DNA of 64,000 nt from Coleofasciculus chthonoplastes F2-STO-03. Its GTDB lineage: Bacteria > Cyanobacteriota > Cyanobacteriia > Cyanobacteriales > Coleofasciculaceae. The first letter of the stretch is position 1. Each line of letters starts with the position of its first letter. The DNA lies in assembly GCA_040222015.1 (NCBI GenBank), contig JAVJWO010000040.1, positions 71,964 to 135,963 of the forward strand. The letters run 5' to 3'. Positions 10,854 to 23,758 of the stretch are shown piece after piece. Under the pieces are notes generated by a model. That model saw nothing but the letters and a program-made list of their open reading frames with translations, ran no database searches and was not told the DNA's origin. A program made the position numbers and the translations under genes.

Positions 10854-11441
10854 ATGATTACCACTCGCGAACACTATCAAAAAATGACGGCTGAAGAATA
10901 CTTAGAATGGGAAGCCAAGCAAGAATTTCGCCATGAATATATTGACGGCGAAATTCTTGCTATGACAGGAGGAACTCTTCCTCATAATGACATTGCCCTT
11001 AACTTGTACAGGACTTTATATCCTCATATACGTCAGAGGGGCTGTCGAGTTAATGTGTCAGATGCGAAAGTTCAGGCTCGTAAAAATAGTCGCTATTTCT
11101 ATCCCGATTTAGTTATCAGTTGCGATCCTGATGATTTGAAAGCTCGCGATTTTATTCAAAATCCGAAAGTTATTGTTGAGGTTCTTTCTCCAGGTACAGC
11201 CAATTACGATCGCACGAAAAAACTCAAGTATTATCGCCAGATTCCGAGTTTGCAAGAATACGTCTTAGTGGATTCAGAAGAAATAGTAGTTGAGGTTTAT
11301 CGTAGAGGAGAAGGTAAGATGTGGCTTTATTATGAGTATGAAGCTGGGGAAGCGATCGCTTTAGAAAGTATTGAGTTTGAGTGTGCGATCGACCTGCTGT
11401 ATGAAGGTGTTAGTTTTGAACAAGAGTTAGAGGATAAATAG
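10854..11441 (+). CDS. Uma2 family (DUF820) endonuclease-like protein
   Basis: RHEYIDGEILAMTGGT, YFYPDLVISC, VEVLSPGT and YRQIPSLQEYVLVD. Confidence 0.93.
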   Translation: MITTREHYQKMTAEEYLEWEAKQEFRHEYIDGEILAMTGGTLPHNDIALNLYRTLYPHIRQRGCRVNVSDAKVQARKNSRYFYPDLVISCDPDDLKARDFIQNPKVIVEVLSPGTANYDRTKKLKYYRQIPSLQEYVLVDSEEIVVEVYRRGEGKMWLYYEYEAGEAIALESIEFECAIDLLYEGVSFEQELEDK

Positions 11442-11480
11442 AGATTAAGTTAATTCACTGAATCATAAGGAAACTGAACT

Positions 11481-13415
<1,935 letters not shown>

Positions 13416-13593
13416 AGGTAGCACCAGATCCGGTGAAAAGTAAGAGCAACATGGGGGTAGTTAACCCGGATTTAGTCTGAGCCATAGGCAGGGGAATTTT
13501 TTATTTGGCACAGATTGCCGTTTTTTCCAAATCAACGTTATAATCTGATTTGTGTAAGTATGTTTCCTTGGAAACGCCGCTACACACAAGGAA

Positions 13594-13666
13594 GGGCGCG
13601 TAGCTCAGTGGATAGAGCACCAGATTCCGGTTCTGGGTGTCGGGGGTTCAAATCCCTCCGTGCTCG
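13594..13666 (+). tRNA. tRNA-Arg(CCG)
   Basis: GGGCGCG/CGTGCTC acceptor stem, CCAGA-TTCCGGT-TCTGG anticodon arm, GGTTCAAATCC T-loop. Confidence 0.97.
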
Positions 13667-14114
13667 TTAAACTGTCGATTGACACATTATTTGTCATCGT
13701 TGTCAGATTAGTGTCATCGGCTCTCCAGTAGGACGAGGGTAGGGGTTATTGATACGGTCGAGGGTAGTATTTTTCCGTTTGATGAAGGCTTGTTGTTGGT
13801 TATTGAGGTCGCCTTTTTCGTTCATCTTAGTTAAAGTTTTGGCGATGTCTGCTGCTTTTTCGGCACGAACTTCCTCATGCTGCGATATTATGCAGTTTCC
13901 TTGATCCCGAATAAGTCATGTCACAATCCTGGTGCTGACTTTTGGCATCCCATCCGATAATAAGGCGATGTTGAGTTTCGTGTAGGTACAGCCCGCCGTA
14001 GGCATCGCGTCTCTCGATTCAGGTCAATTTGGTAATCTTCTATAATGTATAGTTTCGGAGGCAGATTGTAATAACTCTTGCCTTAGAATCCAATAGATTT
14101 TGCTCAGGTTATCG

Positions 14115-16844
14115 ATGAAACTAACGCTTTCTCGCTTGTACAATCTGTTGCTTACTGCTTGCGACGATCTGCGCGGTAGTATGGATGCTAGTGAGTACAA
14201 AGAGTATGTCTTTGGCATGTTGTTCTTGAAGCGGGCAAGCGATCTCTTTGACCAACGCCGTGCTGAGTTACAAGCAGAGTTAGCAGCTAGAGGCATGGCT
14301 GAAGAAGACATCGAGGTAGAGTTAGAAGACCCCGATAATTACTCTAGCAAATACTTCTATGTGCCACCTCGCGCCCGCTGGAATGAGGGCTGGCAAGAAG
14401 AAGTGATTGATGATAATGGTCAGCGTCAAATCGTCAAGCATCCGGCTCTCAAGCATGTTAAAAATAATGTCGGTACGACTCTCAATAAAGCTCTAGAGGC
14501 AATTGAAGATGCTAACCCGGATGTACTAGAAGATGTACTCAAGGGCATTAACTTTAACCGCAAAATCGGGCAGCGAACGCTGGACGACGATACATTGTCT
14601 GATTTTTTGCAGAACTTCGAGAAGATTCCTTTAAAAGACAGCGATTTTGAGTTTCCCGATCTGTTGGGGGCAGCTTACGAGTGGCTAATCAAATACTTTG
14701 CTGACTCGGCGGGCAAAAAAGCGGGAGAATTTTATACCCCAGCGGAGGTGGTGCGGGTTTGCGTCGAAATTTGTGACCCAGAGGAGGGGATGCGGGTATA
14801 TGACCCTACTGTCGGCTCAGGTGGGATGCTGATTCAAATGCGGGACTATCTGCGGGAAAAGGGGAGAAATGCAGAGGAACTGGCTCTGTTTGGACAGGAG
14901 AAAATGGGGACAACCTGGTCTATCTGCAAGATGAATATGCTGCTGCATGGCATCTCCCATGCGGATATTCGTCAAGCGGATACCATCCGCGAACCCCAGC
15001 ACTTAGACGAAAATAACGAACTCAAACGCTTCGATCGCGTCTTAGCCAATCCCCCCTTTAGCCAGAACTATATTAAAAAAGATCTGGTATTCACCGGACG
15101 GTTTCCGGTGATGATGCCGGAAAAGGGTAAGAAGGCTGACCTGATGTTTGTGCAGCACATGCTGGCGGTGTTGAAGCACGATGGTCGCTCGGCAACAGTA
15201 ATGCCCCACGGTGTGCTATTTCGAGGGGGAGAGGAGCATGAAGCCCGCAAATACTTTATCAATCACGGTTATCTAGAAGCGATTATTGGTCTGCCTAGTA
15301 ACCTGTTTTATGGCACTGGGATTCCGGCGTGCATTCTCGTGCTGAATAAGATGGGGGCGACGACTCGCGATCGCGTGCTGTTTATCAATGCCGATCGCGA
15401 ATACCGTGAGGGCAAAGCGCAGAACTTCCTGCGCCCCGAAGATGTTGATAAAATTGTCTATGCCTATCGCACCAAGGAAAACATTCCCGCCTATGCGCGG
15501 TTAGTGCCCAGGGCGGAGATTGCTGAGGAGGACTACAACTGCAATATCCGGCGTTATGTGGACAATGCCCCACCGCCCGAACCCCATGATGTGCGTGCCC
15601 ATCTGCATGGGGGTGTGCCCAAGGTGGAAGTCGATAGCCTCGAACACTTTTGGCAGAACTATGGGCAGTTGCGAGAGGATGCCTTTGTGCCCCGTGATCA
15701 GACTTATCTTGACTTTGCCCCAGTGCTGACGAGTAAGCGCGACATTGCCGACTTTGTGGCGACTCACCAAAGTGCGATCGCTCGTCACCAGCAGTTTATG
15801 GGAACGCTAGAGGAGTGGTGGCAGGAAAATCTACCCATTGTGGAGGCTCTAGCCCCCGATGCAGCGAATCAGGAAGCTCGCCCCCGGAATGTCTATATTA
15901 TGCGGAGTCGTTTGCTCAGGAGCATTGAAGAGAAATTAGCCAACCAGCAGTTACTTACCTCCTTTCAGGTGCGGGGGGCATTTGCTAACTATGTGGACAC
16001 ATTGAAGGCAGATTTTAAGTCCATTGCAGCCAGTGGTTGGGGGGCAGAACTGATTCCCGATGAGGATATTTTGCAGAGCCAGTTCCCGGAAGTTTTGGAG
16101 GAATTGGAGCAAGCGCAGACTCGTCTGGCGGAGTTACAGGCACTATTTGCTGCTGCTGATGCGGAAGATTTTGAGGATACCGACGACACGGGGGTATTGC
16201 CTAGTGAGGAGGTGAAAAGTCAAAAAGAGGAGTTGAAGACTTGGACGACGGAGTGGAAGGCGCAGATCAAACAGGTTAAAGCTTTGGCTGGCAATATCTT
16301 CACTGAAATTAAGGCAGCGAATTTGTTACCCCCAGGTGCTAAGAAAGGCTTTTATTGCACTGAAGGATTTACCCAAAAAGAGGTGCTGTTTACTAACGGT
16401 AATCGTATTCTGGAGCTTGCTGCTGATGTGGGTCATATCAGTGAGTATGCTATTCCTTTGAAAGAGGCAATGGAACGGGGACAACACGCCTATAATCAGG
16501 CAGCAAGGATTACCGCCAGCTTGGAGCGTCACAAGGCTTTAGAAGATGAAGTGAGAACGCTCCGGGCTAATATTAGGAGTATTGAGCATAATCGCGATGA
16601 ACTGGTGCAAAGTGCCCGTGAAAAGATTTCTACGGATGAAGCTCGCACGGTGATTATTGAGCGTCTGCGGAAGACGCTGATGGAGATTTATGAAACTTAT
16701 TTACGGGCGGATCAGCGGGCTTGTGTGCGGGCGGTTGAGAATTTGTGGGAGAAGTATGCGGTGACAGCGAAGGAGATTGAAGCAGCAAGGGATGCAGCAG
16801 CGCAGGAGTTACAGGCGTTTTTGGTGGAGTTGGGATATGAGTGA
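14115..16844 (+). CDS. hsdM: Type I R-M methyltransferase subunit with long C-terminal extension
   Basis: [16 protein letters not shown] (motif I) and NPPF (motif IV); ATG at 14115. Confidence 0.95.
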   Translation: MKLTLSRLYNLLLTACDDLRGSMDASEYKEYVFGMLFLKRASDLFDQRRAELQAELAARGMAEEDIEVELEDPDNYSSKYFYVPPRARWNEGWQEEVIDDNGQRQIVKHPALKHVKNNVGTTLNKALEAIEDANPDVLEDVLKGINFNRKIGQRTLDDDTLSDFLQNFEKIPLKDSDFEFPDLLGAAYEWLIKYFADSAGKKAGEFYTPAEVVRVCVEICDPEEGMRVYDPTVGSGGMLIQMRDYLREKGRNAEELALFGQEKMGTTWSICKMNMLLHGISHADIRQADTIREPQHLDENNELKRFDRVLANPPFSQNYIKKDLVFTGRFPVMMPEKGKKADLMFVQHMLAVLKHDGRSATVMPHGVLFRGGEEHEARKYFINHGYLEAIIGLPSNLFYGTGIPACILVLNKMGATTRDRVLFINADREYREGKAQNFLRPEDVDKIVYAYRTKENIPAYARLVPRAEIAEEDYNCNIRRYVDNAPPPEPHDVRAHLHGGVPKVEVDSLEHFWQNYGQLREDAFVPRDQTYLDFAPVLTSKRDIADFVATHQSAIARHQQFMGTLEEWWQENLPIVEALAPDAANQEARPRNVYIMRSRLLRSIEEKLANQQLLTSFQVRGAFANYVDTLKADFKSIAASGWGAELIPDEDILQSQFPEVLEELEQAQTRLAELQALFAAADAEDFEDTDDTGVLPSEEVKSQKEELKTWTTEWKAQIKQVKALAGNIFTEIKAANLLPPGAKKGFYCTEGFTQKEVLFTNGNRILELAADVGHISEYAIPLKEAMERGQHAYNQAARITASLERHKALEDEVRTLRANIRSIEHNRDELVQSAREKISTDEARTVIIERLRKTLMEIYETYLRADQRACVRAVENLWEKYAVTAKEIEAARDAAAQELQAFLVELGYE

Positions 16845-18126
16845 GGATATATACATTTCCCTTGGTGATGTAGCTCATATCATTGACCCTCATCCAAGTC
16901 ATCGAGCACCTGAGGAAGTTAAGGAAGGAATACCGTTTGCGGGAATAGGAGATATTAGTGAGACAGGTAATCTTATTCATGGAAGAGGAAGGACTGTACC
17001 AAAAAGAATACTGTCTGAACACTCACTTAGATATCAGCTTTCGGGAAACACTATCGGTTTTGGACGAGTCGCAACCATTGGAAAGGTCATCGACTTTCAG
17101 GAAGGAATCAGAGATTTAGTTCTGTCTCCTACTATGGCTGTAATCGAACCTCACACAATTGATCGTGATTATCTGTTAGCAGTTCTTGGGAGTCAAAAAG
17201 TAAAGAAGACTATAGATAAATGGCTTACAGGCTCTACTCGGTCATCCTTAGGTATAGAGTTGCTTCGTGATATCCCAGTACCAGATCTTCCCAGGAGAAA
17301 GCAGGAAAAGATCGGGAGAGTGTATAGAACCTTAAGTAACGCGATCGCACATACAGAAGCCCTGATCGAGAAATACCAGCAGATTAAGGCAGGGCTGATG
17401 CACGACTTGTTTACCCGTGGCATTGGTGCGGATGGCAAGCTGCGCCCTCCCCGTGACGAAGCGCCGGAGTTGTATCAGGAGAGTGCGATCGGTTGGATTC
17501 CTAAGGATTGGAATTGGGAAATCGTTGCTGATTTATGTTCCCAAGTAGTTGACTGTCCTCACTCAACACCTATATATCGTGACTCAGGGATTCCATGCAT
17601 TAGAACTGCTGACATGGAACCGGGAGAATTGATTCTAGAGCAAGCATATTGCGTGGATGAAAAGGACTATAAGATCCGAACTCAAAGGCTAGTTCCAAAA
17701 GAAGGAGATATTATATACTCCCGAGAAGGTGAACGACTTGGCATTGCATCACCTGTAGGCATTAAAAAGGTCTGCCTTGGACAAAGGGTTATGTTATTAC
17801 GCCCAGATTCAAATACAGATCCAAGCTTTTTACTTTGGAGTATGAATCATATTGATTTTTACAGAAGAGTCGTTAGAGGTTTAGGTGCAACGACTTCACC
17901 TCATGTGAATGTTGGAGACATTAAAGCAATACCAATATCAGTGCCAACATATAGAGAGCAGGTTCTCATTGGAGAGAAAATAAACGCAGTTCAAGGTGTT
18001 TTAAACCGAGAAAAAAAATTCAGAGCGAAGCTACAGCAGAAGAAAAACGGTCTGATGCATGATCTCCTCACTGGCAAAGTTCCCGTCAAAGTCCATTCTG
18101 ATGAAGTGGATCATATCTCAAACTAG
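16837..18126 (+). CDS. hsdS: Type I R-M specificity subunit
   Basis: Two TRDs with conserved coiled spacers ([19 protein letters not shown]; [14 protein letters not shown]); overlaps the hsdM stop. Confidence 0.93.
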   Translation: MSEDIYISLGDVAHIIDPHPSHRAPEEVKEGIPFAGIGDISETGNLIHGRGRTVPKRILSEHSLRYQLSGNTIGFGRVATIGKVIDFQEGIRDLVLSPTMAVIEPHTIDRDYLLAVLGSQKVKKTIDKWLTGSTRSSLGIELLRDIPVPDLPRRKQEKIGRVYRTLSNAIAHTEALIEKYQQIKAGLMHDLFTRGIGADGKLRPPRDEAPELYQESAIGWIPKDWNWEIVADLCSQVVDCPHSTPIYRDSGIPCIRTADMEPGELILEQAYCVDEKDYKIRTQRLVPKEGDIIYSREGERLGIASPVGIKKVCLGQRVMLLRPDSNTDPSFLLWSMNHIDFYRRVVRGLGATTSPHVNVGDIKAIPISVPTYREQVLIGEKINAVQGVLNREKKFRAKLQQKKNGLMHDLLTGKVPVKVHSDEVDHISN

Positions 18127-18192
18127 CCCCATCGCCTGTCCTGATAGCAATGCTATCATCAGCATAAGTAATTCCTTCAAAACCCCATCGCT

Positions 18193-18453
18193 ATGGCTAA
18201 TCTAATTGTTCGTAACATCGACGATGCCATTGTCAAAGCACTGAAACAACGGGCTAGTCGCCACGGCATTAGTACCGAAGCCGAACATCGCAAAATCCTA
18301 GAGCAAGTCCTATTGCATCCGCCCCAAAAATCCTTTGCTGAAGTGCTTCGCCTCATTCCCAATGTTGGCAAAGATACCGACTTTGAACGATCTTTGACAG
18401 TCTCATACCCCCCAAATCCCCCAAATCCCCCAAATCATGAAAACCAATATTGA
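18193..18453 (+). CDS. FitA/Arc-like ribbon-helix-helix antitoxin with altered C-terminus
   Basis: MANLIVRNIDDAIVKALKQRA..HG.S.EAEHR.IL; tail after DFER is repeat-derived (CCCCCAAAT x3). Confidence 0.75.
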   Translation: MANLIVRNIDDAIVKALKQRASRHGISTEAEHRKILEQVLLHPPQKSFAEVLRLIPNVGKDTDFERSLTVSYPPNPPNPPNHENQY

Positions 18454-18631
18454 AATAGACGAAGCCTTAATTGCCGATGCCCTGCAAACCACTGGGCTAA
18501 CCACCACCGATCAAGTAATCGAGTTGGCTCTAAAAACGCTATTACAGCTCAAGCACCAAGAAAAAATCAAAGCTTTTCGAGGCAAGTTGTCCTGGGAGGG
18601 CGACCTCGACCTGATGAGGACAGATACATGA
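18437..18631 (+). CDS. vapB: VapB-family antitoxin
   Basis: MKTNIEIDEALI..A...TGL...ELALK..L.....KAFRGKL.WEGDL..MR pattern. Confidence 0.8.
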   Translation: MKTNIEIDEALIADALQTTGLTTTDQVIELALKTLLQLKHQEKIKAFRGKLSWEGDLDLMRTDT

Positions 18632-18660
18632 TTTTAGTCGATTCCAGCCTTATCAGGTAG
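18628..18660 (+). pseudogene. vapC: Stump of a VapC PIN toxin (MILVDSSLIR*)
   Basis: ATG overlaps the vapB stop (ATGA); MILVDSS is the usual VapC start; stop after 10 codons. Confidence 0.6.
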
Positions 18661-18663
18661 CTT

Positions 18664-21600
18664 ATGTCTGAATATACCGAAGTCGAACAGCCATTTCTAC
18701 AGCAGTTACAAACCCTCGGTTGGCAAATTATCGACCAGGGCGCACAAATCCCCAGTGACCCCACCAAAAGCCTACGGGCTAACTTTCGGCAGTGGCTGCT
18801 TCCCCAGGTCTTTAACCAAGCCGTCGCAGCCCTCAACACTAACGCCGACGGCACTTCCTGGCTCACCCCCAAACAACTCCAAGACCTGCAAGACCAAATC
18901 CTGCGCCAGCCCAACCGCACCCTCCTCGAAGCCAACGAAGCCATTCAAAAACTGCTGTTCAAGTCCCAAGTCGATGTCAACGAACAAACCGGGGAAGAAG
19001 ACCCTGTAGTAAAACTGATCGACTTTGCAAATCCCAAGAACAACCAGTTTCACGCCATCAACCAGTTCCGCATCGATACACCGGGCTGCGTGAAGCAATA
19101 CATCATTCCCGACATTGTGCTATTCGTGAACGGCATCCCCTTGGTGGTGGTCGAGTGCAAAAAAGGTAGTGCCACCTGCGCCAACCCCATGTCCGCAGCC
19201 TTTGAGCAGCTCCAGCGTTACATGAACCAGCGAGAGGAGACCACCCGGCATGGTTTACGGGAAGGAGAACCGCGCCTGTTTCATCCCAATCTGTTCGTAG
19301 TTCGCAGCACAGGCGTTGAGGCTGACTATGGTACGATCACCTCCGAAGCAGAGCATTTCTATCCCTGGAAAACCCAGTATCCTCAACCAGAGAGTACCGC
19401 CGAAGGGCTGAACCAACAACAGCAACTCATCAACGGTATGCTCAATAAAACCAACCTACTGAGCATCTTGCGGACTTCTAGCGTCTTTATGGACAGCGAT
19501 AGCGGTCCCCGCATTAAAGTGGTGTGCCGTTACCAACAGTTTCGAGCAGCCAACAAAATTATCGAACGTCTACGCCAAGGTCAAACCGCAGCCGAAAAAA
19601 GTGGTGTTGTTTGGCATACCCAAGGATCGGGCAAAAGCCTGACAATGGTATTTATGGCGCGGATGCTGCGGGCATCGTCAGACCTGAGCGACTACAAAAT
19701 CGTGCTGATTAACGATCGCGTCGATCTCGAAAAGCAGTTGTCTAAAACCGCCACCCTGATTGGCGGGCGGGTTTATCCTATCGAAAGCACCCAAGCCCTC
19801 CGAGACCACCTATCAACAGATGCCTCCGATATCAATATGGTGATGGTGCATAAGTTTCAGCAGCGCGATCGGGTCATGCCCCTGAAAGTTGCCGAAGCCC
19901 TGGGGACTTATCGCCCTATTCCTAGCAACCAGACCTTTGGCGTAGTCAATCACTCCTCCCGCATCGTGCTGATGATTGACGAGGCTCACCGCACCCAAAG
20001 CTCCGACCTGGGCGATAACGTCTTTGAAGCCTTTCCCAACGCTGCCCGTCTTGCCTTCACTGGCACCCCACTGATTACAGAGCGACACGGTGAAAAGAAA
20101 ACCCATAAACGCTTTGGCAGCTACATCGACACCTATCGGCTCATGGATGCCGTACCCGACGGCACTACGCTACAAATTTTGTACGAAGGTCGTACCTCCG
20201 ACGATGCCCTCAACGATAAACACGGCTTTGAAACCCGCTTTGAAAATCTCTTTCGCGATCGCAGTGACGAAGAGTTACTAGCAATCAAGAAAAAATACGG
20301 AGCGACAGGCGACTTGTTAGAAGCCGAGCAACGGATTGGCGCGATCGCCCAAGACCTAGTGAAACACTACCTAGAAAATATTTTCCCTAACGGCTTTAAA
20401 GCCCAAGTCGTGTGCCATTCTAAACTCGCTGCTGTGCGTTATCAAAAAGCAATCCATCAAGCCTTAGCCGACACCGTAGCCCGCTTAAAGGCGCAACCTA
20501 ACCCCGACCTCGAACTGATCCGCAAAGTACGCTTCCTCAAGGCAGCAGTGGTAATCTCCGGCAGTGGCACTAATGAGCCTACCTACGTCACCGAAGCCCG
20601 CCAGCAAGTCCGAGCTTGGAATGCCGTCGATAACTTTTGCCGTCCCTTCGACTTTGACGATCCCGATAAGCCTCATACTGGCATTGCCTTTTTGGTTGTG
20701 TGTGACATGCTACTCACGGGCTTTGATGCCCCCATTGAGCAGGTGATGTATCTCGACAAAAAAATGAAAGAGCATACATTGCTACAAGCGATCGCCCGCA
20801 CCAACCGAGTCAAGAAAGGCAAACAGCGGGGCTACATCGTCGATTACATCGGTCTCACCGAAAATCTGACGGAGGCTCTGACTCTGTATGCAGCCACTAA
20901 TGAACAACAGGAATTGGCTCAGGGCTTAAAAAGCATTGCCTCTGAGATGCCCGTGTTAGAGGAGCGATATCAACGCCTGCTACAGCTATTTGCAGAGCAT
21001 AAGGTCGCCAAAGTACGGGAATATGCCGAAGGGAACCTAGAGACCATCCAAGCAGATGCTGCTGTGGTTCATGAGGCGGTTAAGCTACTCAAAAACGAGA
21101 AAATCCGGGCTGACTTTGAGGTCTATCTAAAAAAATTCCTGGCGAGTCTGGATATTATCCTGCCCAACTCCATTGCTCAAAAATACCGAGTGCCTGCCAA
21201 ACGGTTGGGCTATATCCTCCAAGTCACCAAAGAGCGTTACAAAGACACTAGCCTCAACCTGGGCGATGCTGGCAAAAAAGTCCGGGATCTAATCAACGAG
21301 CATTTGATTAGTCTGGGCATCAACCCCAAAGTGCCTCCCGTAGAGCTGCTATCGCCAGACTTTATGGCGCAACTTAACCAGCACGCGGGTAACAACGACG
21401 AAGCCAAGGCTAGTGAAATGGAGCATGCCATCCGCAAGCACTGCACTGTCCACCACGATGAAGACCCAGCCTTTTATCAAAGCCTATCGGAGAAAGTCGA
21501 GTACCTAATCGAAGAATATCACGACCGCTGGGACAAGCTCGCCAAAGAGTTAGAGAAAATCCGCGAAGAGGCGATCGCGGGTCGTCAGCAGGGTGAAGAG

Positions 21601-21924
21601 GGCATGAGCAAAGAAGCAACAACCTTCTACGAACACATCGCCAACCAGGTCTTTGAAAATGGAGAGATACCCCCAGATGCCAAACCCAAGATCAAGGTGC
21701 TGATGGAAGCAGTTGTCGAAACCTTACAAGATAGTATTGGCAGCATCGATTTCTGGAATAATAGCGATAAGCAAAAGCGAACCCGCAGTGAAATCAAGAC
21801 TGCACTTACCCTTACTGGCATTGTCGAGTTGAAAGTAAATCGTGAACGGATCGCCGTTGAAATTATGAAACTCGCCAAAAACCGCCACAACGAACTATTG
21901 AAAGGTACGACTGACAACCCATGA
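18664..21924 (+). CDS. hsdR: Type I restriction endonuclease/translocase subunit
   Basis: PDIVLFVNGIPLVVVECK nuclease motif, HTQGSGKS Walker A, IDEAHR, MLLTGFDAP, LLQAIARTNR. Confidence 0.96.
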   Translation: MSEYTEVEQPFLQQLQTLGWQIIDQGAQIPSDPTKSLRANFRQWLLPQVFNQAVAALNTNADGTSWLTPKQLQDLQDQILRQPNRTLLEANEAIQKLLFKSQVDVNEQTGEEDPVVKLIDFANPKNNQFHAINQFRIDTPGCVKQYIIPDIVLFVNGIPLVVVECKKGSATCANPMSAAFEQLQRYMNQREETTRHGLREGEPRLFHPNLFVVRSTGVEADYGTITSEAEHFYPWKTQYPQPESTAEGLNQQQQLINGMLNKTNLLSILRTSSVFMDSDSGPRIKVVCRYQQFRAANKIIERLRQGQTAAEKSGVVWHTQGSGKSLTMVFMARMLRASSDLSDYKIVLINDRVDLEKQLSKTATLIGGRVYPIESTQALRDHLSTDASDINMVMVHKFQQRDRVMPLKVAEALGTYRPIPSNQTFGVVNHSSRIVLMIDEAHRTQSSDLGDNVFEAFPNAARLAFTGTPLITERHGEKKTHKRFGSYIDTYRLMDAVPDGTTLQILYEGRTSDDALNDKHGFETRFENLFRDRSDEELLAIKKKYGATGDLLEAEQRIGAIAQDLVKHYLENIFPNGFKAQVVCHSKLAAVRYQKAIHQALADTVARLKAQPNPDLELIRKVRFLKAAVVISGSGTNEPTYVTEARQQVRAWNAVDNFCRPFDFDDPDKPHTGIAFLVVCDMLLTGFDAPIEQVMYLDKKMKEHTLLQAIARTNRVKKGKQRGYIVDYIGLTENLTEALTLYAATNEQQELAQGLKSIASEMPVLEERYQRLLQLFAEHKVAKVREYAEGNLETIQADAAVVHEAVKLLKNEKIRADFEVYLKKFLASLDIILPNSIAQKYRVPAKRLGYILQVTKERYKDTSLNLGDAGKKVRDLINEHLISLGINPKVPPVELLSPDFMAQLNQHAGNNDEAKASEMEHAIRKHCTVHHDEDPAFYQSLSEKVEYLIEEYHDRWDKLAKELEKIREEAIAGRQQGEEGMSKEATTFYEHIANQVFENGEIPPDAKPKIKVLMEAVVETLQDSIGSIDFWNNSDKQKRTRSEIKTALTLTGIVELKVNRERIAVEIMKLAKNRHNELLKGTTDNP

Positions 21925-22628
21925 ATATCCGCTGTGTCAGAGATATAGAATACCAGTTACTACCTGGTAGCCCGCGTAAAACCACCGATATTGTGATTGA
22001 GCGTGATGGCAGAGTAACTTTGCGCCCACCGATTGATTACACCCCCGAACAAGCCGATGCAGTAGTAGAAAGCAAGCGTCTATGGATCTACCGCAACTTG
22101 GCTGAATGGAAAGACCTCAATGCCAGTGCTGTAGTGCGCGAGTGGGTCAACGGTGAAACCTTTCTGTACCTGGGTCGTACCTATCGTTTGGCACTCGTAT
22201 CAAATCAAGACCGTGCCCTCAAGCTCAAAGAAGGCTACTTTTGCTTAGATCGTAGAATTGTTGAGCAAGGCGGTAATGCAGCAGCAAAACAAGCATTTAT
22301 ATCGTATTTCATCGAGAAGGGTCAGCAACGTTTTCGCGATCGGGTTAAATATTTTGCTCCTAAAGTCGGCGTTCAGCCTGTGGGAGTCAAAGTCAAAGAC
22401 ATGGGCTACCGCTGGGCTAGTTGTGGCACAAGTGGCTGGCTTAATTTTCATTGGAAAGGCATGATGGCATCACCCAGAATTATTGATTACATTGTGGTTC
22501 ATGAGCTATGCCATTTCCACCACCGTAATCATAGCGATCTCTTCTGGAACGAAGTAGATAAGGTGATGCCCGACTACCGGGAGAGAAAAGAGTGGCTTAG
22601 AAAAAATGGTGCCAGTTTGACCGTATAG
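21921..22628 (+). CDS. YgjP/DUF45 (M48-like) protein
   Basis: RWASC and IDYIVVHELCH HExxH motif; coupled to hsdR by an ATGA overlap. Confidence 0.9.
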   Translation: MNIRCVRDIEYQLLPGSPRKTTDIVIERDGRVTLRPPIDYTPEQADAVVESKRLWIYRNLAEWKDLNASAVVREWVNGETFLYLGRTYRLALVSNQDRALKLKEGYFCLDRRIVEQGGNAAAKQAFISYFIEKGQQRFRDRVKYFAPKVGVQPVGVKVKDMGYRWASCGTSGWLNFHWKGMMASPRIIDYIVVHELCHFHHRNHSDLFWNEVDKVMPDYRERKEWLRKNGASLTV

Positions 22629-22674
22629 GCAACTTAGACCATCGCATCGACAATTTGAGAATACTGTTGTTTTA

Positions 22675-23274
22675 TCAAAAACCTAGAAATTCATCGATGA
22701 GATTGTTTCGCTCATCTTCAGATAACTGATAGAATACCTTTTTAGCCAGCTCTGGAGAGGCATTTTTGGAAAACCAGTCACTATTAGGGTTATCTTGTAT
22801 TACCAAAAAATATTGTAATCGTTTCTCTATCGCCTCTTTGTCTGATTTGTCTAACTGTCCTATGCGCTTCAACCAATGATGGTTAGAATCTTTAAAACAG
22901 TTACCATCAACAGTGTATATTTGATGTATTAAAGCATAATATTCAGTATCAAGCTCATTCCTTTGAGTTGGATTAATCGGGTAAACCGTTGGTAAACCCT
23001 TGTATATCTCTCGTGAACTCAATGGGATAATTGCAAATGTCTGCATGTCATCCGAGTTATTTCTAAATTGCTCACTTGTCCAAACAAGGTGAGGATGACT
23101 GCCTCTCAAAACTCGACTAGCATTAAGCTTTTCTGTACAATCTTTATGATTACACTCGATCTGACTGGGTTCTTGTAAATCATAAATATGAACATGACCC
23201 TGCTTACAGCGCAAAGAAACACGATCAGGATTAATCAAGTAGATCCATCCTTGCCGAGGTTTTTGTCCAGCCAT
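22675..23274 (-). CDS. PemK/MazF-like toxin with Cys/His insert
   Basis: PRQGWIYLIN, RG.HP.LV, IIPLSS, ALIHQIYTVD and RIGQL follow the PemK/MazF pattern. Confidence 0.7.
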   Translation of the reverse strand: MAGQKPRQGWIYLINPDRVSLRCKQGHVHIYDLQEPSQIECNHKDCTEKLNASRVLRGSHPHLVWTSEQFRNNSDDMQTFAIIPLSSREIYKGLPTVYPINPTQRNELDTEYYALIHQIYTVDGNCFKDSNHHWLKRIGQLDKSDKEAIEKRLQYFLVIQDNPNSDWFSKNASPELAKKVFYQLSEDERNNLIDEFLGF

Positions 23275-23275
23275 T

Positions 23276-23758
23276 TTACAAACCTAACTCACTCACCAAT
23301 TTTTCTCGTTCGGCGTTTAAATTGAGCTTAACTGTTTCTTCAGCTTGATGAATTTGCCTCATTTCCAGCATTGGAGCCGTATTCTGTACATAATCTAATA
23401 ACTGTTCAAATTTTGCGGCACTAGCCCACTCTCTTCTAATGTTATCAAGCATTAGTTTTAGACCCAAAGGTAAATTTATATCAGTTGTGATATCTGCTTC
23501 TATGCCTAGTCTAATAAAGGTAATCCTGCCTTCAGCTTCCTGGGCAATCTCTTTCCCGTCCATTTGACTGAGAGCGGCGTCTATATCTTCATTCCAGGGA
23601 CTACGATGGTAGTAACACCAGTTTAATTCAGTAAGCTGCTTTCCTGTCCATTTAACCGTATAAAGATCAGCCAAATATAAAAAATTAATTAGCTGTGTTT
23701 TCGTGATATGCCCTTTTGTCTTATAGACAAAATATTTGATGAGTTGCTCCAACATCAT
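23276..23758 (-). CDS. Panacea (DUF4065/SocA/GepA-like) antitoxin
   Basis: ITKTQL..FLYLAD...W.G..LT...W.YYH..PW; lies 1 nt upstream of the toxin gene. Confidence 0.78.
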   Translation of the reverse strand: MMLEQLIKYFVYKTKGHITKTQLINFLYLADLYTVKWTGKQLTELNWCYYHRSPWNEDIDAALSQMDGKEIAQEAEGRITFIRLGIEADITTDINLPLGLKLMLDNIRREWASAAKFEQLLDYVQNTAPMLEMRQIHQAEETVKLNLNAEREKLVSELGL

